Assembly: GCA_000002445.1 (NCBI GenBank)
Contig: CH464491.1
Coordinates: forward strand, 704,001 to 768,000
Length of the DNA: 64,000 bases
Reading direction: 5' to 3'
From: Trypanosoma brucei
Taxonomy: Eukaryota
Part shown: positions 10,541-20,897 of the stretch, piece after piece
Layout of the letters: every line of letters begins with the position of its first letter
Numbering within the stretch: the first letter of the stretch is position 1
Program-made: the position numbers and the translations under genes
Notes under the pieces: generated by a model
What the model saw: only the letters and a program-made list of their open reading frames with translations
Told to the model about the DNA's origin: nothing
Databases searched by the model: none

Positions 10541-11910
10541 TGATGGTAATTTCTGTAACCTTCGGCCACTCAACTTCTTGTTCTTTTTCGTTATCCCTCG
10601 CTTATGTTCTATTAGTAACCCTCCTTTAAGGTACTTGGCGGTACACGAACTGAAATCACAAAGTAATTCACCGTGAGGTGCGTACTTAGAGAGAGAGAGA
10701 GAACGTGCAAGTCCAGCCTGTGATAGTTGGGTCCGATGAAGGCTGTAACACTTCAGCACGGGAAATATCCGCACCTTCCACCTAACAATAGCAACTTTCC
10801 TCGTCCTTTCCGTCGTTGTTGCCGTTCCTTTTTGGTGAGAGAACTTTTCTCCCCTTTTGCCTGTATGTGTTTCCTCTCTTTACTCAGGTTTTTCGTCTAC
10901 CTTTCTTGTTCACACCTCGTTTGGACTACTCTCCAGAAAGCCTTGATTATTTTTTTCTTCCTTGCTTTTTCTTTGTTGGCGCTACTGACGTGATGAATGC
11001 TCTTTGTTTTTTTTTGAAAAAAAAAAAAAGAAAAGCAACTCTCAATTCCACGTCGGCCAATTCTTCAACAAAAATGTGGTCCCTCCTTTCCAGCAGACGC
11101 GTTAGTAATAAGCTACTTCTGCTAATGCTCTGCGTATGCGAATGTATGAGTGAAACATACGAATACGAGCATTGTTGACGTTATATGTGCGTGGAAAGTG
11201 GAGGAAGGGTAAGGATAAAAGGAAAGGAAAGCATCAGAAAGCAAAGGATGAGAAAAATTCGGTACATTCAATAACATTTATAGTTCTGAAGAGGAGTAAA
11301 ACACACAACTCCGTGCATCGCGAACATCAGATAGAGGTATATTATTCATTAAAGTAACCACATTAATATTTAAATAGAAGATTAAAAAAAACATAGCAAA
11401 AGAAGTAGCAACATAACATATGTATGCATATGCATATAATAAAAAAAGAGAAAGGAGAAAGGGAGGACATTGTAAAGAAAACCCATGGCAAAGGCAGGGT
11501 TTGGTTTGTACTTCTCTTCCTTTATTATTTTTTTAAATGTAAATTCGCTCCTAAAACATTCCCTACTTTGCACCAGAGATCCGCATTTTTTCCAGCCGCG
11601 CAAATGATAAATACGGCGGCGCAGTCGTTCAGTTGTTATGAGAGGCCAAAGAAGTTTGGTCAATTATAACCTTTAAAATAAATAAATATATATATGTTTC
11701 CCTTTCCCTATAAAATAATATAGGAAAAAAACACAAAAGGGGAAAATGTGGCGATAACAGAACTCCGTAATATAAATGACAGCGTAGGAAAGAGAAAAAA
11801 GAAAAAAGAACAACAAGGAACGCTGGAAAAAAAAACGTAAAAAAAAAGATAGATCAAGATGACCAACCATTCATACAGAATGGAAAGGGGTAACGACCGG
11901 TTTTTTTTTT

Positions 11911-13422
11911 TCAGTTGGCATCGTCACGGTAGCGACGCTCCAAGTGCTCCCGGTGGTATTGCGGATTGAGCGGTTCGCCGGTGGCTTGCTTGATGAGTTC
12001 TTCTGTTAAGAGAGAACTTCCATGACGCCAGATCTTCTCCTTCTGCTTCGCAAAGATTACGTCGAGGTCTGCTTTCATGAGGCAGTCTTCCACAACGTTT
12101 TCCCCGAGCTCCCGCCGTACGGTATGCATCAGCTGCGCCGCAAGCATGGCACCCAGGAGGTAAGTGGGGAAGTAACCAAATGCCCCACCAAACCAGTGAA
12201 TATCCTGCAAGCAACCCTCCTTGTCATTACCGAGGGTTTCAAGACCAAAATAGGCCTTCATCTTCTCATTCCATGCACGAGGAACATCCTCTGCTTCGAT
12301 TTTACGGTCGATTAAGTCACGCTCGATCTCACAACGCAAGATGACGTGCAGGGGGTAGCAGAGCTCATCGGCCTCAATGCGAATAAGGCTTGGTTGCACC
12401 TGCTGCAACACTCTCTTCATGTTTGTTGGAGTGAAGGCGGGTTGCTCGCCAAAGTGCTCCACGAGCATGGGGGAAAGCGCGTTCATAAAGGCACCCGAGA
12501 GTCCAATTTGCATTTCCGCAAAGAGCGATTGGCTTTCGTGTACCCCTAGAGAACGGGCCCTACACACAGGTTGGGTGGTGAACTCGACAGGACCCAAATT
12601 TTGTTCGTACTTTGCGTGCCCAGTTTCGTGGATGACACCAAAGAGGCTTTTGGCGAAATCGTTTTCATTGTAGCTGGTCGTAATGCGCACATCCTCCTTG
12701 ACGTTACCACAAAATGGGTGAGCGCTTACGTCCAGTCGGCCGCCATCAAAGTTAAACTTCCACAACTTCATGCACGCACGTCCGAGAGTTTCTTGCTTGG
12801 CAATAGGGAATGGTCCCTTGGGTTGCACAATAGATGCGTTAAGTGATTTCTGCTTCTCCAAAACTTCTTTCAAGAGGTTGGGTAGCCATGACTTCACATT
12901 TTCGAATATTATGTCCAGTTGCTTAAGCGTCATGCCAGGTTCATAGACGTCAACAAGGGCCTCGTACGGGTGCACGCCGGTGGTTCCTGCAAGAAGCTTT
13001 CCCTCCTCACGATACAGCTCGACGAGTTCTTTAAACGTGGGAAGAAACCCAGCGAAATCATTTTCCTCCCGGCACTTCTTCCACAGTTGTTGTGAGTTGG
13101 ACGTTAGGAGGGCCTTACGTTCCACAAATGCCTCAGGAAGGCGATTGACCTTCTCCCAACTTCGGCGGATTTCTCGCAAATTGGCCCGTTGAAGTTCATT
13201 AAGTTCCCCCACAGAGCCCTCCGCTTCCTCAATGAATGTCTTCACTTTGGGGTTGGTAATCTCTCCGTGCATGAGCACTTCCAATTCCGCAATTGCTGCA
13301 CCACGTGCTTCCATTGCATTGGGGGGCATGATGGCTTGCATATCCCAACCAGCAAGGTTCATGAAGTGCTCATAGCGGTATAGTTTAGTGAAGACGCGCT
13401 CGAGCTCTTTGTATGCCTTCAT
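11911..13422 (-). CDS. Metallocarboxypeptidase, peptidase family M32 (Taq-like carboxypeptidase)
   Basis: The four M32 signature motifs HETGHAKYEQ (HEXXH), HESQS, IRIEADE and GCLQDIHWFGGAFGYFPTYLLGA are all present. The N-terminus MKAYKELERVFTKLYRYEHFMNLAGWDM is typical for the family. ATG start confirmed. Confidence 0.9.
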   Translation of the reverse strand: MKAYKELERVFTKLYRYEHFMNLAGWDMQAIMPPNAMEARGAAIAELEVLMHGEITNPKVKTFIEEAEGSVGELNELQRANLREIRRSWEKVNRLPEAFVERKALLTSNSQQLWKKCREENDFAGFLPTFKELVELYREEGKLLAGTTGVHPYEALVDVYEPGMTLKQLDIIFENVKSWLPNLLKEVLEKQKSLNASIVQPKGPFPIAKQETLGRACMKLWKFNFDGGRLDVSAHPFCGNVKEDVRITTSYNENDFAKSLFGVIHETGHAKYEQNLGPVEFTTQPVCRARSLGVHESQSLFAEMQIGLSGAFMNALSPMLVEHFGEQPAFTPTNMKRVLQQVQPSLIRIEADELCYPLHVILRCEIERDLIDRKIEAEDVPRAWNEKMKAYFGLETLGNDKEGCLQDIHWFGGAFGYFPTYLLGAMLAAQLMHTVRRELGENVVEDCLMKADLDVIFAKQKEKIWRHGSSLLTEELIKQATGEPLNPQYHREHLERRYRDDAN

Positions 13423-14061
13423 GTTCTCAAGCGACCGTATCTTTTGTATTCTTTATTTTACTTGTGTTGGTTACCGGTCAAATACGATTCCCTCAGAAAA
13501 GGGGGAAAGTTCGTTCTTCGTTTTCTTTGTAAGGTATTTCTTCTTTCGCTCTCAGTCTTCACCACGGTTGCTAATTTGATTATTGCCACTATGAAAACGT
13601 ATGGCAGTACAACAAAAACTAATGCTTGAACTATAGAGAACCCCCCCGAAAAAAAAATAATAATAGAGAGGAAACATGCATTTAAAGACACAATAAATGA
13701 GTTTTATTTGTATGAATCACACTCACGAGATTATGCGAAAAAAAAAACAACTAAGTTAACTGCGTGATACCCCACAACTCTCCTTCACCTCACTCTGATA
13801 CATACGTGTACACGTATGTACGACAGGTGAGGAAGGAACGTCAGTTGAAGCTGAATCTCTCTTGTTAGTTCTGTGGTTATCGGACATTAATACTGACACA
13901 AAACACGGCTCGAAAGCTTACACAAAGTCAAAAGGTACAGCATGGGTAACACTAAACCTCAACGAGTTTAAACGATTACATTTACCTAGTTAAAAAAAAA
14001 AAACGCTACATTCACGGGATTTCCTGCTCTCCTCCTTCAGCCATTTCCCTATGCCCTCCAT

Positions 14062-17000
14062 TTATTGGCTTAGATTCACTTTTTGTTTTTTCTCTGCCCT
14101 CCGTTGCTTAGCGAGTTTAGAAAGTTTAGCCTTGTTTCCCTTTAAGTTACTTCTTTGTGCTACAACTTCCAACCGTTGTATTGCCTCCCGCTGGTGGCGC
14201 CGATTCATGTACTGCCTATTGAGTGGCACATACGCGTAAGGGGCTAAACCACCACGACGCACGTCGCCCTCACCAGTTCCTTTAAACTCATCACCACGGA
14301 TGATATCTGCTTCGACGCGCGCGCGCTTGAGCTCCCGCTTCTCCTGTTTCTGCTCACGAAGTCGCTCCACTTGATTGACACCTGGTCCCACAACCCGACG
14401 AGCAGCCGCTGCAGCCCCTTCATTATTGATCTTGTCTCCATAGCGCAACAATAGTTCATCATTTTCAAAGTCTTCAACGTCATTACGAGTTCGCTTCCCG
14501 CGCTGCGCAACCGCACCCTCATTAAGCGCATCCGCGTGAACAAGGCCGTTGCGGGAGCGGAGGAGTTTTTTGGCCATCTCTTCGCGTCGTCGACGATCAT
14601 CCTGCTTTCGCTTCTCTTCCGCTGTCATGATATGAAGCTTGCCTTCTTGGAATTCGATGTGCATGTTGTCCAGTTCGTCATCATCTTCATCCCCATTGTA
14701 GCCTCTGCCAGCCGAACCTGCATTGAAGGAAGGCGAAGCATAAGCTGAAACAAAACTTGTGAGTCCGCCAGCCTGCAGAAGGTCACGCTCTGCATCATCC
14801 TCCGTTCCAGCCTTCATGCCGGCACCAAGGAAGAGCCTGTCAAACTCATTCTTCCGCTCTTCAGTGCGTTTGCGGAGCTCTCTCTCTTCCTTCTTCTGCT
14901 CGCGCTTCATCATCTTTTGCGTGTAACGGAGGAAGTTCTTAGAGCCAATGGGAAAGGTGGGCTCAAGTCGTTCGTAGCCGAACCGCTTGATGCACTTTTC
15001 CAGTATCACGCGCATCTGAAGACGGGTGTTGCTTGACACACGCGGTTGCGAGGTTGTGAGGGCGATTGCTAACATCAACTTCGAAATAGACTTCTCTACC
15101 GCAGCCCCTACACGTCTGCTCCGCTTCATCATTTTGAGCAGCATACGTACAAACATCGCGGCGGCTGAGCGCACGTCAAGAGCCGTAGATTCCATCATGC
15201 GAATTCCTAAAGCCACTGCCGCATCAAGATCTTTCTCAGGAAGCTCTTCATGAGCGACAGATACAATCTTTGCCATAGCCACAAGCGTGCTAGAAATCAT
15301 CCATGTGGTTTTCCCAGAGAATCCAGCGAGCACAAGGTGCAGCAGGGTGTTGACAGGATTTCCAGCGCCAATTAAGTAACGGTGCATTTTTTCCAACAAA
15401 TCCATGGAGAGTGTGCGAACCTCACTAGAGCGTTCGCGGGAAAGTGTGATGGTTTCTCCCACAATCGCACGTATCATTGTTGTGACGTGATCCGGGTAAA
15501 ACATCTTACAGGCATCAAGGGCCCACACAATGCACCGCAGACGCATTTTAATGCCAGATATAGTAACGTTCTGGCGTCCTACAGAGAGAATCCCTGAAAT
15601 GCGCGTGAACAGCGGGAAAATGTCCTTGCTACGGAACTCAAACATCGAATAGAGAAGTTTGTATGCTTTTTTCTGCAGCAGACGTGACTCGGGTGCTGGG
15701 TCCATTAGTACCGGTTCGATGATGTCGTCGAACAGTTTCACCAAATGTTCCTTCTCGAGTTGTTCGACAACGGCACAAGCAATGTCGAGTATCATGCGGC
15801 GCTTTCCAGTCAAAGGCGCATATCCCGCCTTCTTCACTACTTTGTCACCCCTTTCCTCTGCCTTTTCTTGCAGTAACTGTTGTTTATGTGCGATATTAGC
15901 CCCGACGTCCAGAATACCCTTCAAAATAACCTGCATGACCTCCCGCGAGCATACCCGAGAAAAGCTATGAATGGCGCGAAGGATGGACGTGGAGTTGTGA
16001 GTTTCGAAAGTGTTGCACAACTTGGGCATTATGTTCGCACTGAAACGCGAAAACACATTACCACAGACGTCCTTCGCTGTGGTTTGGGAAATGCCATGGT
16101 AAACATGGCGGTTCCACGTGGGGTCATTTAAAGAAAGAAAGAGATCATCCTCATCCAGGCTGTTCTTGTGTCCCAGTCCGACCTTCGCGCGAACTCGGTT
16201 CGAGGAATCCTCCTCTTGCTGTTCATCTGCCAGCCACCCCTTCTCTTGTTCCTCTGCCTCTCCCACGCCATCATTGATATCATCATCATCATCCACTGGT
16301 TCTGTCGATGCCAAATCGTAATAACCACTGCAGAGCATATGCAGAGCAGTAGCACCTGCGTCAGCGAAGAGGGGGTGAGGAAGGAGGCCAACAAGTTGCT
16401 TTGCGACGTCACGGAAAGAGTCTTTATCCACTATACGGGGATACTGACAGAACCCAATAGCCAAACGCCAATATTGCTGCAGCAGCGCTGTCCATTTCGC
16501 TGCTAGCTCTACCTGCTGCTGGCGCCCATACTCTAGGGCCACGCCACTAGTAAACTGAATGAGTGGGAAGAAGTACTCAACAAAAAAGGGCAGTGAGTCA
16601 TGCGACGCCGTGCGCCTAAGCACGCCCATCACATAACTATTTATCCACGGATCGTCGTCGGGAGACGGGTACGCGCCACCGATGGCAGTGCCCCTCAACT
16701 CCGCCTCGTAGACTTGGCGGGGATCAAATGGAATGATATCCACAAATTCCCGGACCGTCATACCTCTGCCTAAAGCGACCATGGCACGTTCGATTGCCCC
16801 ATTTAACTTACCATCATCCATTCTCCGCATTTTGTTCAGTACGCGCAAGAGGAAGTGAAAGGAGGGGAAGCGTCTCGTCAGTAGCATGGCATCGCCAGCA
16901 GCTGTGCGCTTAAGATAATTGATTCGGTTGAATAGTGCCTCAAGAATTTCCAAGGCATAGCTCCAGTACACCTGACAATGCGGTTTCAACAATTCCAACA

Positions 17001-17940
17001 GCCGATTTGAAACAATTTCGTCAATCATTTCCCGTCCCTCAGCCGATTCGACGATGTAGGGAGAAATAGTCCGCCGGATTAACACGGTAAACTCTGCAGT
17101 GGTGGAAGAAACGACACTTAAGGGGGCGTCAGTGAAGTTGCTGACACAAAGAGCCGCAAAATGCCGAACCCCCTGTACGAAAAAATTTTGATTATCACTC
17201 AGTATGTAGACACCACCTTCTGAGACGTTGTTCCTGGTGCCTCCAATGGATTCATCGGTTGGGGAATGTGCTGCCGATCTTTCGAGAAGTTTACGGAAGG
17301 CCACCAAGTACATTTTCATGATGTCAACTTGCATTTTGCTAGGCTCCAAGCGAGAAAAAACATTGAGCACCTTCATGGAAGGCGATTCTACAGAGAGGAC
17401 TAGCTGTTGGGAAAACTTCATTGCCTTCGCCACCGCGAGGTAATTGCTCGCTATGTTTTCCGCAATGACTCGTTCAACAGTTGCAATAGATGGTTCCAAC
17501 TGATGCAGCAGCATCCCTTGGCTTAGTCGCGGAGCGCAAGCCGACAGGATGGCAAGGATGTACGGCACGTGATGTTTCTCTGGCGAAAGGGAAAGGGCCG
17601 TAGACGCTGCCATAAAGAGTGAGAGCGGAGTAACAGGTTCACCAAGGCTCTCAATTGACTCCACCAGACCGCCCTGAACACTCTGAAGAATGCCTTGATC
17701 AAAGGTTTTGTGAATTTTCTTGTTTTGGGCAGCCAATACCCGTTTTGTTACCTCCCTCTTCTGCGCGGATTTCTGTACCTCAGTCTTCTGTCGTTTTACC
17801 ATGAGGGCCTCCCGCTGCAGACGCAAGAGCTTCTGACGACTCAAATTGGTACCTTTACGGAGTTGCTTGAGGGGCGTCCTGGTGCTCTTGCTAGCGAAGG
17901 CGCCTTTGCCTCTTTGCGCAGCCGCACTAGGAGGTTTCAT
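14062..17940 (-). CDS. Large HEAT/ARM-repeat protein, RRP12-like, possibly a pre-ribosome export or biogenesis factor
   Basis: About 1290 aa of helical repeats, a central acidic stretch (DDDDDINDGVGEAEEQE) and a lysine- and arginine-rich C-terminal tail. The motif CIKRFGYERLEPTFPIGSKNFLRYTQKMMKREQKKEERE resembles, as best I can recall, the conserved RRP12 C-terminal region. The first codon in the track is GTG; I used the adjacent ATG at 17938..17940. Confidence 0.45.
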   Translation of the reverse strand: MKPPSAAAQRGKGAFASKSTRTPLKQLRKGTNLSRQKLLRLQREALMVKRQKTEVQKSAQKREVTKRVLAAQNKKIHKTFDQGILQSVQGGLVESIESLGEPVTPLSLFMAASTALSLSPEKHHVPYILAILSACAPRLSQGMLLHQLEPSIATVERVIAENIASNYLAVAKAMKFSQQLVLSVESPSMKVLNVFSRLEPSKMQVDIMKMYLVAFRKLLERSAAHSPTDESIGGTRNNVSEGGVYILSDNQNFFVQGVRHFAALCVSNFTDAPLSVVSSTTAEFTVLIRRTISPYIVESAEGREMIDEIVSNRLLELLKPHCQVYWSYALEILEALFNRINYLKRTAAGDAMLLTRRFPSFHFLLRVLNKMRRMDDGKLNGAIERAMVALGRGMTVREFVDIIPFDPRQVYEAELRGTAIGGAYPSPDDDPWINSYVMGVLRRTASHDSLPFFVEYFFPLIQFTSGVALEYGRQQQVELAAKWTALLQQYWRLAIGFCQYPRIVDKDSFRDVAKQLVGLLPHPLFADAGATALHMLCSGYYDLASTEPVDDDDDINDGVGEAEEQEKGWLADEQQEEDSSNRVRAKVGLGHKNSLDEDDLFLSLNDPTWNRHVYHGISQTTAKDVCGNVFSRFSANIMPKLCNTFETHNSTSILRAIHSFSRVCSREVMQVILKGILDVGANIAHKQQLLQEKAEERGDKVVKKAGYAPLTGKRRMILDIACAVVEQLEKEHLVKLFDDIIEPVLMDPAPESRLLQKKAYKLLYSMFEFRSKDIFPLFTRISGILSVGRQNVTISGIKMRLRCIVWALDACKMFYPDHVTTMIRAIVGETITLSRERSSEVRTLSMDLLEKMHRYLIGAGNPVNTLLHLVLAGFSGKTTWMISSTLVAMAKIVSVAHEELPEKDLDAAVALGIRMMESTALDVRSAAAMFVRMLLKMMKRSRRVGAAVEKSISKLMLAIALTTSQPRVSSNTRLQMRVILEKCIKRFGYERLEPTFPIGSKNFLRYTQKMMKREQKKEERELRKRTEERKNEFDRLFLGAGMKAGTEDDAERDLLQAGGLTSFVSAYASPSFNAGSAGRGYNGDEDDDELDNMHIEFQEGKLHIMTAEEKRKQDDRRRREEMAKKLLRSRNGLVHADALNEGAVAQRGKRTRNDVEDFENDELLLRYGDKINNEGAAAAARRVVGPGVNQVERLREQKQEKRELKRARVEADIIRGDEFKGTGEGDVRRGGLAPYAYVPLNRQYMNRRHQREAIQRLEVVAQRSNLKGNKAKLSKLAKQRRAEKKQKVNLSQ

Positions 17941-18615
17941 CACCCTGTTGTATTACTTTCCTTCTTATGGAGTGTACCTTTCCACCTGCTATTCCGTCTT
18001 ACTGCCGATAAAACATAATGGTCGCAAAATAATAATGGCAATAGTAACAACAACAAAAGAGAATCAAACAAGAATCATTTGTTTTATTGCGGTATTCAGT
18101 GATGTTAACACTTTCCTCCACCACAGTTCACCATCCAGGTAGGGCATTAAGAGACCACCGAGAGAATGCAGTGCCGAAGAAAGATCCATATACTTCCAAC
18201 AGTACAAAAAACTAAAGAAGGTGCGCGAAAAGTGGTTGGGGTCGACCATTCCAGAGACAACTAGCGGAGAAAAAAAAATGACAACACACATCATCTCAAC
18301 CCATTTGCTACGCCCCAAAAACACTGGGAGCGGAATGGACAAATTAAAAGATAAAAAAAAATCAGACCCTTTGGACTTGCGGGGGTACTTCATTTAAGGA
18401 ACCATCTTCCGTTCCAAATACAAGTGTGTCACCCCCCCCTCTCTCAATATGCATCAGCACACTTAAAGTTTTGGCCTCAAATGTATACCTTCCCCTTTGT
18501 TTGCGCACCCTGACATCGTGTCACTGGAGTTCATGTTGTGAGGCAATTGCCATTTGCGCGGATTCGAGTTCCTTTCTTCATGAGCTTCCGATAAACCGGG
18601 CGCTGCAACGTCCAC

Positions 18616-20253
18616 TTACATGTTCGATGATTCGGAGACCACCTCATCGTCCCTGCGAATGAATATGACTGGCGGAGGGTTACGAAGCAGCTGATGGATG
18701 ACGCGTGGGAGATGCTGGCGGAGCCCCTCCCCACCAACAGAAACGAGTGGTGATATCTCTGCTTTGATGGAACAGCTTCGCATCACTGCGACAGCTTCCT
18801 TTGCCTCGGTTACATCGACACCTCCCCTAATGCTCTCTTGCTCATCTGACATCGCAGCAGTCTCGAGAGCCGTGATTAACCACCGCGTGTGTTGGGAGAG
18901 CAAAAGTCGCACTGCATCTGCCGGTGTGTCTGATGCCGCTCCATCAGCATTCTTAACGGGGCCAAACTCATCATCGCGATCCACTTGCATGATACGAAAA
19001 GCCCCACTATCCTTTGGTGGATGGTCGCATTCATCAACGAAGCGGAAAAGGTCAAAGAGGAATGCCTCCAGTTTGATACCCATGACTGGGCCTTTGATCG
19101 TCGGTATCTTTTTACGCGCAGCGTGATACTGCGTGAATGACTTCATGCGTTCGGCTGCCAGTGACATAAAGTGAAGACTGCAGAGGTTTGAAGATATATT
19201 GGCGCAGTTAAACTTCAACTCACCAGTAGCATCATCGATTTCCTTCGCCCGATCACCAATTTCAGTATACTCCACCACACCCCATTTACCGCTTGCGCGA
19301 ACAAAAACGCCAACGCGCTCATCTGGGCCCCGTTTTGGGCACGTCTTGACGACAACGTGCGCCTCTTCTTCAATGGCATAACCAATGAACACTGGATCAG
19401 CAACGTTTGCTAGAAGGTTGTCGATGTTTCCAATCTGCACATATGCTATCCCAAGCTTACGCAAGTGTTGCAACAATGACTCTTTCACTTGCAGAGTCCC
19501 GTCCTTGTCTTTTGTGGCTCGGGGTGCGGCGAGTGCAGCAAAAACAGCGCCATTTCCACCCGGGGCGGCGCAAATACGACCGCGATTCTCCATGATAATT
19601 CTTCCCGTATTCTCGTCATAGCACGGCACAGATGATTGGGCAAAGAAATGCACCTGCTCCCTCTCAAGTCCAAAGTAGGAATTCTCCTCGAAGAACCGCT
19701 GCGTTTCGGCGTCATTTTGTCCTGATGTCATCACAAGAAGCTGCACCCGCGCTTTCCTCCCCGACCCAGATATGGATTCAGCAATCTCCTGGCGCCTACG
19801 TATCTTCTCGCAGTGCATCATGAAGAGTGACTTACGCTGTTGGAGGCCATCACATGTGAAGAATCCTTTCGGTTTATCGAACCCGAGTCGGGTACCACTA
19901 CCTCCTGCAAGGATGAGGAACGCTATTTGGCCCTTCTGAATAGCCTTATACCCAACTGCCTCCAAATTCTTTATACGTTTGGCTTGCCCACGACGGCGGT
20001 CTACGGAGGAAATATCGAAGAAGGAATCCTTTGCGGGTGGTTCAGCCAATGAAGCCGTCGAGCAGTTCTTCGAAATTTCTAAGCTCTCGCGCAGGACGTC
20101 GTTAAAGTGCCTGAAATCCACGCCCGCTAGTTCATTGGTGATTTGCGCCGTTAATGACGCCCTTTCCGCTTCACTTCCGTGCTCCAGTGCCGTGAGAATG
20201 TGATCCTGGTTTGCTCCAGTGAGGCGCTGAATGCACACGTCCCTGTCACTCAT
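18616..20253 (-). CDS. UAP: UDP-N-acetylglucosamine pyrophosphorylase (UDP-sugar pyrophosphorylase family)
   Basis: Carries the nucleotide-binding signature LILAGGSGTRLG (a variant of GGQGTRLG). Other typical UAP-family motifs are GGNGAVFAALA, NIDNLL and VVEYTEI. At 545 aa it is typical of eukaryotic UAP1. ATG start confirmed. Confidence 0.85.
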   Translation of the reverse strand: MSDRDVCIQRLTGANQDHILTALEHGSEAERASLTAQITNELAGVDFRHFNDVLRESLEISKNCSTASLAEPPAKDSFFDISSVDRRRGQAKRIKNLEAVGYKAIQKGQIAFLILAGGSGTRLGFDKPKGFFTCDGLQQRKSLFMMHCEKIRRRQEIAESISGSGRKARVQLLVMTSGQNDAETQRFFEENSYFGLEREQVHFFAQSSVPCYDENTGRIIMENRGRICAAPGGNGAVFAALAAPRATKDKDGTLQVKESLLQHLRKLGIAYVQIGNIDNLLANVADPVFIGYAIEEEAHVVVKTCPKRGPDERVGVFVRASGKWGVVEYTEIGDRAKEIDDATGELKFNCANISSNLCSLHFMSLAAERMKSFTQYHAARKKIPTIKGPVMGIKLEAFLFDLFRFVDECDHPPKDSGAFRIMQVDRDDEFGPVKNADGAASDTPADAVRLLLSQHTRWLITALETAAMSDEQESIRGGVDVTEAKEAVAVMRSCSIKAEISPLVSVGGEGLRQHLPRVIHQLLRNPPPVIFIRRDDEVVSESSNM

Positions 20254-20735
20254 TATCTATAACACACGGAGCCAAAATGATTGACGATAACGAGGAAAAG
20301 GGATGTCAAAAAAAAAAAAAGATGAACAGTATCGTCTTCGCACAAACACTTTTAATCTCCCCCTTGCGCCTCCTGAAACTTTCTCGGGGTTGCAATACAA
20401 ACTTTTTCCTTTCCTTTGTCCAAACCTTTGTACGGTACCCTGTTACGGTGGCTGGGCAAGTTTGCAGGACAATCCTCAAGTCTGCAAACAACAGTCCACC
20501 TTTCCAGTAAATGAAGTATTCGTATGAAAGCGGGAAAACTTTGAAAAACAACACTGATTTCTACAAAACCAAAGAGAAAGGAAACAGAATGACGTCGCGA
20601 AGACATTATAGTTTTGTAAGGGAGAGCGCAGGCATACACAAATTAGTGTATATATTTTTTGTTGTGCACGCATCTATATTTTCACCAAAAAAACAAACTG
20701 AGTTTAAAGCTAAATACTCCCCGCCACCTGTGAGG

Positions 20736-20756
20736 ACACACACACACACACACACA
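20736..20756. repeat. (AC)n microsatellite
   Basis: An acacacacacacacacacac run lies in the intergenic region upstream of the UAP gene. Confidence 0.9.
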
Positions 20757-20897
20757 AACAAAAAAAAAGGTGGTGATAACAAAAAGACAGTACGTAAGCG
20801 AAAAGGAAAATACAAAACACATGAATTTGTTGTAACGCGTTCCTCCGTCGGAGTTCCCATACAACGGTAGCACCAGAAGAGAAGGACTTTTTCACAC

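Noticed and set aside
17941-17943. The Met shown as first residue in several track ORFs (ends at 17943, 25464, 28831, 43788, 50031, 52133, 63907)
   Set aside because: Checking the first codon shows these start at GTG or TTG, not ATG. In a eukaryotic nuclear genome they are not initiation codons. The upstream extensions run into polypyrimidine tracts or microsatellites, so I moved each start to the first in-frame ATG.
18616-20253. A UDP-glucose pyrophosphorylase or USP identity for the NDP-sugar pyrophosphorylase
   Set aside because: The GGSGTRLG motif, the protein length and the C-terminal region fit the UAP1-type enzyme better than UGPase. A broader UDP-sugar pyrophosphorylase cannot be excluded without an alignment.
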